A DNA stretch of 10,826 bases, from assembly GCA_003559395.1 (NCBI GenBank), contig PWLL01000098.1, forward strand, positions 1 to 10,826. Direction: 5' to 3'. The translations under genes were made by a program, and so were the position numbers. Positions 6,801 through 10,826 of this stretch are shown here, one piece after another. The notes beneath the pieces were generated by a model, which saw only the letters and a list, made by a program, of their open reading frames with translations, was not told the DNA's origin and ran no database searches. The stretch's first letter is position 1. Each line of letters begins with the position of its first letter. The stretch comes from Candidatus Iainarchaeum sp. (lineage in GTDB: Archaea > Iainarchaeota > Iainarchaeia > Iainarchaeales > CSSED10-239).

Positions 6801-6822
6801 AAAGCATCTTTTTTCTTTTTTT
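6791..6822 (+). terminator. Stop-codon-spanning hairpin plus oligo-T after tfb
   Basis: agatgctt (6791..6798) pairs perfectly with aagcatct (6802..6809) across a 3-nt loop. The TAA stop (6798..6800) straddles the stem-loop junction. The tract tttttcttttttt (6810..6822) follows. Confidence 0.5.
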
Positions 6823-6838
6823 CTAAAAGGTATCTAAT

Positions 6839-7741
6839 ATGTCTAACCAAATATATGATGTGCTTATTGTTGGTGGAGGACCTGCAGGTCTAACAGCATC
6901 AATATATTGTGCAAGATATAAACTTAAAACCAAAATATTTACTGATTCTTTTGGAGGTACAATGTCAGATGCACACAAAGTTTGTAATTTTCCTTCATAT
7001 AAAGAAATATCTGGAATGGAACTTACAAAAAAAATGATAGACCAAGCCAAATCATTAGATATAGAAATTGATTTTGAGACAGTTGTTGATATAAAAAAAG
7101 AAAAAGAAGTTTTTATAGTTGATACCAAAACACAAACCCTAAGATCTAAAAAAATTGTTCTAGCAATTGGACGAAAAAGAAGAAAATTAGATTTGCCAAA
7201 AGAAAAAGATTTTTTAGGAAAAGGTGTTAGTTATTGTGCAACATGTGATGCCAACTTTTATAAAAATAAAATCGTTTCTGTTGTTGGTGGTTCAGATGCG
7301 GCAGTTACTGCAGCTTTGTTATTATCAGATATTGCAGAAAAAGTATATTTGATATATAGAAAAGAAAAGCTAAGAGCAACTCCTTTGTGGATTGATAGTT
7401 TATCTAAAAAAGAAAATGTTGAAGTTTTATATAATACAGAAATAACAAAACTTCTTTGAGAAGAAAAATTAGAAAAAATAGAAACAACCACAAAAAACCT
7501 AGAAACAGAGGGACTTTTTATAGAGATTGGAAGTATTCCTCAAAAAGAATTTTTAAAAAAAATAAATATTAAAACTAACGAGCAAGGCTATATTGTTGTT
7601 GATGAAAAACAAAAAACAAATCTGGAAGGAGTTTATGCTGCAGGAGATGCAACCACTTCTTCAGAGCTTAAACAAATAATTACTGCAGCTTCTCAAGGAG
7701 CAATTGCTGCATATAATGTTTATAAAGAACTAAAAAAATAG
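6839..7741 (+). CDS. trxB: Thioredoxin-disulfide reductase (low-Mr TrxR) with one in-frame TGA at 7457..7459
   Basis: The N-terminus has the FAD motif DVLIVGGGPAGLTASIY, the redox-active CATC, and the NAD(P)H motif VVGGSDAAV. The ORF track stops at TGA 7457..7459, but the same frame continues without interruption to TAG 7739..7741. That continuation encodes the rest of the family pattern (GLFIEIGSIP, GVYAAGD, ITAASQGAIAA). The full length is 300 codons, typical for TrxR. The gene is either recoded/read through, or a very recent pseudogene or a sequencing error. Confidence 0.8.
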
Positions 7742-7787
7742 TTTTTTTGAAAATAAAGAAATAGTTAGTATTTTAAATATAATCAGA

Positions 7788-7802
7788 CTATATATATATA
7801 AT
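7788..7802 (+). promoter_or_regulatory. Putative TATA box for the 7830 gene
   Basis: A ctatatatatataat run lies about 28-42 nt upstream of ATG 7830, with a GGTGA SD-like motif at 7818..7822. Confidence 0.35.
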
Positions 7803-7829
7803 GTAAAAAATATTTTTGGTGAAAAATGT

Positions 7830-8336
7830 ATGAAGACTATTTTTTCAAAGGTTTTTAAAAAAAGAAACGAAGATGGAAGCGAATTTGAAATAGACGAGCA
7901 AACGATAATACAAAGTAGAGTTTCTAAAAAAAGAGAAATAAAAGACTATAAAGACTATAGTTCAAAAGATGTTGCTTGGTTGTCAAAACACTTAGCAAAA
8001 ATTGACGAAGTTGTAAACAAACAATCTTTAGGTTCTAAAAATAAAGCCTCTTTTGTTGTTGATGGTCATAAATATTATAAAGATGATGCTACAAGAGAAC
8101 TATTTAATAAAATGTATGATAATTATACAGCCTATTTTTATGCCTTAAAAAGATACATAATTGTAAGAAAAGAATTGTTGAAATTTAACGAACTAGAAAG
8201 AGAAGATAGTTTTTTAGCAGCTGGACAAATAAAAGAACTTGATGACGAAGCTGCAGAAATTGAAAAAAATCTTAATCTTTATTTAGATAATATAAGAAGA
8301 ATAAAAAATTTACTAAGAGAATCAGTAGGATTATAA
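7830..8336 (+). CDS. Hypothetical protein (168 aa, charged, predicted helical)
   Basis: This clean ORF has an SD-like GGTGA upstream and a TAA stop. I recognise no motif. The C-terminal part (ELDDEAAEIEKNLNLYLDNIRRIKNLLRE) looks coiled-coil-like. Confidence 0.55.
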   Translation: MKTIFSKVFKKRNEDGSEFEIDEQTIIQSRVSKKREIKDYKDYSSKDVAWLSKHLAKIDEVVNKQSLGSKNKASFVVDGHKYYKDDATRELFNKMYDNYTAYFYALKRYIIVRKELLKFNELEREDSFLAAGQIKELDDEAAEIEKNLNLYLDNIRRIKNLLRESVGL

Positions 8337-8340
8337 CTTT

Positions 8341-8538
8341 TTAGACCATTCCTTTTGCCATTCCCTTAGTTGTTCTTAAACATTTTTTATGCCAATATTG
8401 GCCACCCCATTTTTTATCACAACCAGGTTGATTACATAATGCGCATGTTTCGTTAGGATACTTTGCGTTTGTTAAATCTATTTGTGGTGTTTTTTCTTTT
8501 GGTTTTTTTTCTTTTTTAAATATTTTTCCTATACCCAT
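8341..8538 (-). CDS. Small Lys-rich Cys/His protein (putative zinc-binding, hypothetical)
   Basis: The 65-aa ORF has a basic N-terminus (KIFKKEKKPKEKT) followed by CALCNQPGCDKKWGGQYWHKKC, that is C-x2-C-x4-C...H-x2-C. This resembles a small treble-clef or zinc-ribbon ligand set. The stop is TAA, and the gene converges on the 7830 gene with a 4-nt gap. Confidence 0.5.
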   Translation of the reverse strand: MGIGKIFKKEKKPKEKTPQIDLTNAKYPNETCALCNQPGCDKKWGGQYWHKKCLRTTKGMAKGMV

Positions 8539-8558
8539 AATATCACATTTTTTATATA

Positions 8559-8631
8559 TAGCCCGAAGGAGATTTGAACTCCTGTCACAAGATCCAGAAT
8601 CTTGTATGCTTGGCCACTACACTATCGGGCT
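8559..8631 (-). tRNA. tRNA-Gln (anticodon CUG)
   Basis: The reverse complement reads AGCCCGA TA GTGT AGTGGCCAA GCAT A CAAGA TTCTGGA TCTTG TGAC AGGAG TTCAAAT CTCCT TCGGGCT A. It has a perfect 7-bp acceptor stem with an A1-U72 pair (typical of archaeal tRNA-Gln), a 5-bp anticodon stem, and a TTCTGGA loop giving anticodon CTG. There is no intron and no encoded CCA. Confidence 0.88.
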
Positions 8632-8637
8632 GTAAAT

Positions 8638-9720
8638 CTATCCATAAACTATTTTTTTTGCCAGATCTTTATTTTCTTGAGCCTTTTTTTGATGATTTTC
8701 AAGTAAGTTTGTTAAAAACAAAATACAATTTTGTTTACATTCTCCACAAAGAAGATTTCCTTGTTTACATCTTTTGTACGTTTTTTCTAAAAAATCATCT
8801 TCTTTGTTATGAAATTTAAAAACTTCATAAACTTTACAAATCTCAGGAGTTCCACCATTTTTTTTTTGATCATCTAGAGATACTTTTCCGCCTGTAAAGG
8901 CTTTGTTTATTTTTTTTTTAATATCTTCTTTTTTATCATTTAAAAAAATTGCACTTTCTTTTTCAGAAGAACTCATTTTTGTTCCTTCAGTAAGTCCTGA
9001 TTGCATTGTATAGTATATAAAAGAAGGCACTTCCATATCATAATTTAATCTTTTAACAACATCTCTTGTTAATCTTGCATGAGGATCTTGATCGATTCCT
9101 ATTCCAACAATGGTTGGTGTTTTTCCTTCATATTCAGGAAGTTGAAGATGTAAAATATCTGCCAACTGCAAAATAACTGCAGAAACTTTGCCAAGATCTT
9201 GGTGTCCATAAACTGCTTTAAACATGTTTTCTGTAATTTTTTTAGAAACTTCGTAAGTTAATTGATAATATTTATTTTCTTTTTGGGATTGAACATAAAT
9301 TTCTTCAGGTTTTAAACCTAAAGCTAACAAATCACAAACATTTTCTACTGCAATTTTTTTTGATTGTTCCATAGATGATATTTTTTTATCATCTCTACTA
9401 ACATACGCGTCAATGTCAGCAACACCATATAGACATTTTGCACCCATTTGTTTTATGGCTAAAAAAAGTTCAATATTTAGTTTGTGTCCTAGATGATAGT
9501 TTCCAGAAGATGCAATTGCTGTCAATTGTATAAATTTTTTATTTTTATCTATTGCTTGTTTTATTTTTTCAAAATCTCTATGTGCAATAACTATTTTTCT
9601 TCTAAAAAGATAGTTGTTGGATATGTTATAATCACTAAACTCTTTAAGCCCAAATTCTTTAAAAACATGTTTGTAATTATTTATATTTTTTGAACTCCAA
9701 GGATCTATTTTTTCATTCAT
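8638..9720 (-). CDS. trpS: Tryptophan--tRNA ligase (archaeal/eukaryotic type)
   Basis: The 360-aa ORF shows a DPW motif near the N-terminus, LFRRKIVIAHRDFEKI (the RRgi..sHRD block of archaeal/eukaryal TrpRS), the HIGH-class motif SGNYHLGH, the KMSKS-class motif KMSSS, GIDQDPH, and C-terminal LLCGECK. The stop is TAG, 6 nt before the tRNA-Gln 5' end. Confidence 0.88.
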   Translation of the reverse strand: MNEKIDPWSSKNINNYKHVFKEFGLKEFSDYNISNNYLFRRKIVIAHRDFEKIKQAIDKNKKFIQLTAIASSGNYHLGHKLNIELFLAIKQMGAKCLYGVADIDAYVSRDDKKISSMEQSKKIAVENVCDLLALGLKPEEIYVQSQKENKYYQLTYEVSKKITENMFKAVYGHQDLGKVSAVILQLADILHLQLPEYEGKTPTIVGIGIDQDPHARLTRDVVKRLNYDMEVPSFIYYTMQSGLTEGTKMSSSEKESAIFLNDKKEDIKKKINKAFTGGKVSLDDQKKNGGTPEICKVYEVFKFHNKEDDFLEKTYKRCKQGNLLCGECKQNCILFLTNLLENHQKKAQENKDLAKKIVYG

Positions 9721-9738
9721 ATTTTTTCACAAATTATG

Positions 9739-9755
9739 TTATATATAATATATTG
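9739..9755 (-). promoter_or_regulatory. Putative TATA box for trpS (near-leaderless)
   Basis: On the minus strand, aatatattatatataac lies about 20-35 nt upstream of the ATG (9718..9720), with no SD-like motif in between. Confidence 0.35.
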
Positions 9756-9834
9756 CAAGAAAACCTATTTAAACAAAATGTTTTTTAGAATTTTCTTTTA
9801 TAATAATAAAAACTATTAAAAACTGTTTGTATGA

Positions 9835-9846
9835 ATATATTTATTA
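9835..9846 (+). promoter_or_regulatory. Putative TATA box for the pilin-signal/GLUG gene
   Basis: An atatatttatta run lies about 20-35 nt upstream of the ATG cluster at 9865/9868/9874, divergent from the trpS promoter. Confidence 0.3.
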
Positions 9847-9864
9847 ATTTTAAAGACATTTTAG

Positions 9865-10826
9865 ATGATGCATATGTTTAAAAAAAATAAAGGACAAGGA
9901 GCACTAGAATATTTGTTAATTATTGGAGGAGCTATATTGGTTGCTATTATCGTTATTGTTGTTCTCACATCAACTGGTAGAGAAGCATCAGAAACAATTA
10001 CAGAAACAACAGACATTTATTCAGATTTAGTAGATTCATCTATTTATCCTCCAGAAATATTAAATGTTGATTGTAATTATGAACACGTGTCTATATCTTA
10101 TAATGACTCTATAACAACAGGAGTTACAGAATACTGTTTAGTGATAGATGGTAACCCATCCCCTATATGTTTGGGTAAAGAAAACACAATCTTACATTTT
10201 GATGAATTTCTTTTATTAGAAAATCAACATAGAATATCATTAGTTGCAAAAAAAGGAGGACGTTTTTCTGAATTTTCAAGAAGTTCTTCATGTTATCCTT
10301 CTAAAGTTGATTTTAGTTGTGATAGTAGTTCTTCTCAGATTAGTGGTTTGATTTTTGATACACATGAAAAAGAGTTTATTAATACAAATATTGTTTTTTG
10401 TTTAGATTATTTAGAAAATATAAACGAGAATGCTGATAATCTAAGTAAGAACTATCTTCTTGTAAAAGATCTTAATTTTAATGATGTAGAAGATTATATT
10501 GATGTTGATAAAAAGAATAACTGGACAACAGGAAATGGATGGGAGCCAATCGGCAATGAATCTGAACCATTTACTGGTGGTTTTGATGGTCAAGGATATA
10601 TAATTAGTAATTTAGCTGTTGACCGATCAGAAGAAGATTATGTTGGGTTGTTTGGATATATAGATGAAGCAATAATAAAAGATTTAGAATTAAGGAACAT
10701 AAATATAAAAGGGCATGTAAGAGTTGGCGGATTAGTAGGACATAATCAAAATGGAATTATAACTAACACTTCTACTTCTGGTATTGTTTCTGGTAGTAGC
10801 AGAGTTGGCGGTTTAGTTGGACATAA
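9865..10826 (+). CDS. Surface protein with a class III (archaeal type IV pilin-like) signal peptide and GLUG-type repeats; 3' end truncated by the window
   Basis: This ORF is absent from the ORF track because it has no stop codon in the window; I translated it by hand. It reads MMHMFKKNKGQGALEYLLIIGGAILVAIIVIVVLTS..., giving a basic n-region, KG|QGALEY (Glu at +5 after the predicted prepilin-peptidase site) and a hydrophobic helix. A Cys-containing middle region follows. Then comes WEPIGNESEPFTGGFDGQGYIISNLAVDRSEEDYVGLFGYIDEAIIKDLELRNINIKGHVRVGGLVGHNQNGIITNTSTSGIVSGSSRVGGLVGH, the GLUG-motif repeat pattern. The frame is open to the last base. The true start may be ATG 9874. Confidence 0.75.
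   Translation, partial: MMHMFKKNKGQGALEYLLIIGGAILVAIIVIVVLTSTGREASETITETTDIYSDLVDSSIYPPEILNVDCNYEHVSISYNDSITTGVTEYCLVIDGNPSPICLGKENTILHFDEFLLLENQHRISLVAKKGGRFSEFSRSSSCYPSKVDFSCDSSSSQISGLIFDTHEKEFINTNIVFCLDYLENINENADNLSKNYLLVKDLNFNDVEDYIDVDKKNNWTTGNGWEPIGNESEPFTGGFDGQGYIISNLAVDRSEEDYVGLFGYIDEAIIKDLELRNINIKGHVRVGGLVGHNQNGIITNTSTSGIVSGSSRVGGLVGH
10720..10826 (+). repeat. In-gene direct repeat with an 81-nt period (GLUG repeat units)
   Basis: agagttggcggattagtaggacataa (10720..10745) and agagttggcggtttagttggacataa (10801..10826) share 24 of 26 nt at a spacing of 27 codons, each encoding RVGGLVGH. The array probably continues beyond the window. Confidence 0.7.

Noticed and set aside
7457-7459. 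Selenocysteine as the explanation for the in-frame TGA in trxB
   Set aside because: - The codon aligns with a structural Gly, not a redox Cys, and the CATC active site is intact upstream.
- The 3' UTR (7742..7829) is plain AT-rich sequence. It has no GC-containing stem-loop of the kind expected for an archaeal SECIS element.
- The other TGA cases in the window are in non-redox membrane and chaperone-like ORFs.
6823-7491. Minus-strand ORFs 6823..7128 and 7258..7491, opposite trxB
   Set aside because: They are antisense shadows of a gene with unambiguous FAD/NAD(P)H and CATC motifs, and they have no independent support.
8574-9693. Plus-strand ORFs 8574..8819 and 9493..9693
   Set aside because: Both lie antisense to trpS. 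The first would also run antisense through tRNA-Gln. Their composition is typical of shadow frames.
1-10826. Search for CRISPR arrays, IS/transposase or integrase genes, tRNA introns, rRNA and C/D-box sRNAs
   Set aside because: - No regularly spaced direct repeats occur outside the two in-gene repeats.
- No ORF has transposase, integrase or Cas-like motifs.
- Both tRNAs fold as uninterrupted cloverleaves.
- The TGATGA...CTGA box pairs I looked for do not occur in intergenic DNA.

Overview
This is a strongly AT-rich, tightly packed archaeal chromosomal segment. The archaeal assignment rests on a TFB/TFIIB homologue, ribosomal protein eL15, an archaeal/eukaryotic-type TrpRS, a class III (archaeal pilin-type) signal peptide and TTTATATA-type promoter boxes. 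The composition and compactness suggest a small-genome, DPANN-like lineage, but that is inference only.

I call 14 coding regions, counting the TGA-separated membrane ORF pair 3015..3257 and 3264..3563 as one. In order they are: a low-confidence 3' gene fragment at the left edge, rnhB, an Hsp20-like protein, a DedA/TVP38-family membrane protein, rpl15e, the small membrane ORF pair, an acidic repeat/coiled-coil protein, a 479-aa HerA-like protein with degenerate nucleotide-binding motifs, tfb, trxB, a 168-aa hypothetical, a small Cys/His protein, trpS, and a 3'-truncated pilin-signal/GLUG-repeat surface protein. There are also two intron-less tRNAs, Val-GAC and Gln-CUG. I see no CRISPR array, rRNA or recognisable mobile element.

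The most interesting signal concerns TGA, which is never an unambiguous stop codon in this window:
- One TGA interrupts an otherwise full-length thioredoxin reductase, at a position that aligns with a conserved Gly.
- A second TGA joins two same-frame membrane ORFs.
- The third lies in the part of an ORF that overlaps a tRNA gene on the opposite strand.
- All other complete genes end in TAA or TAG.

This fits UGA reassignment or read-through in an archaeon, which to my knowledge has not been described, but a nonsense mutation or a sequencing error would also explain it. Secondary points are a stop codon that shares a nucleotide with a tRNA 5' end, a likely catalytically dead HerA-like protein, and a pilin-leader/GLUG adhesin-like fusion.
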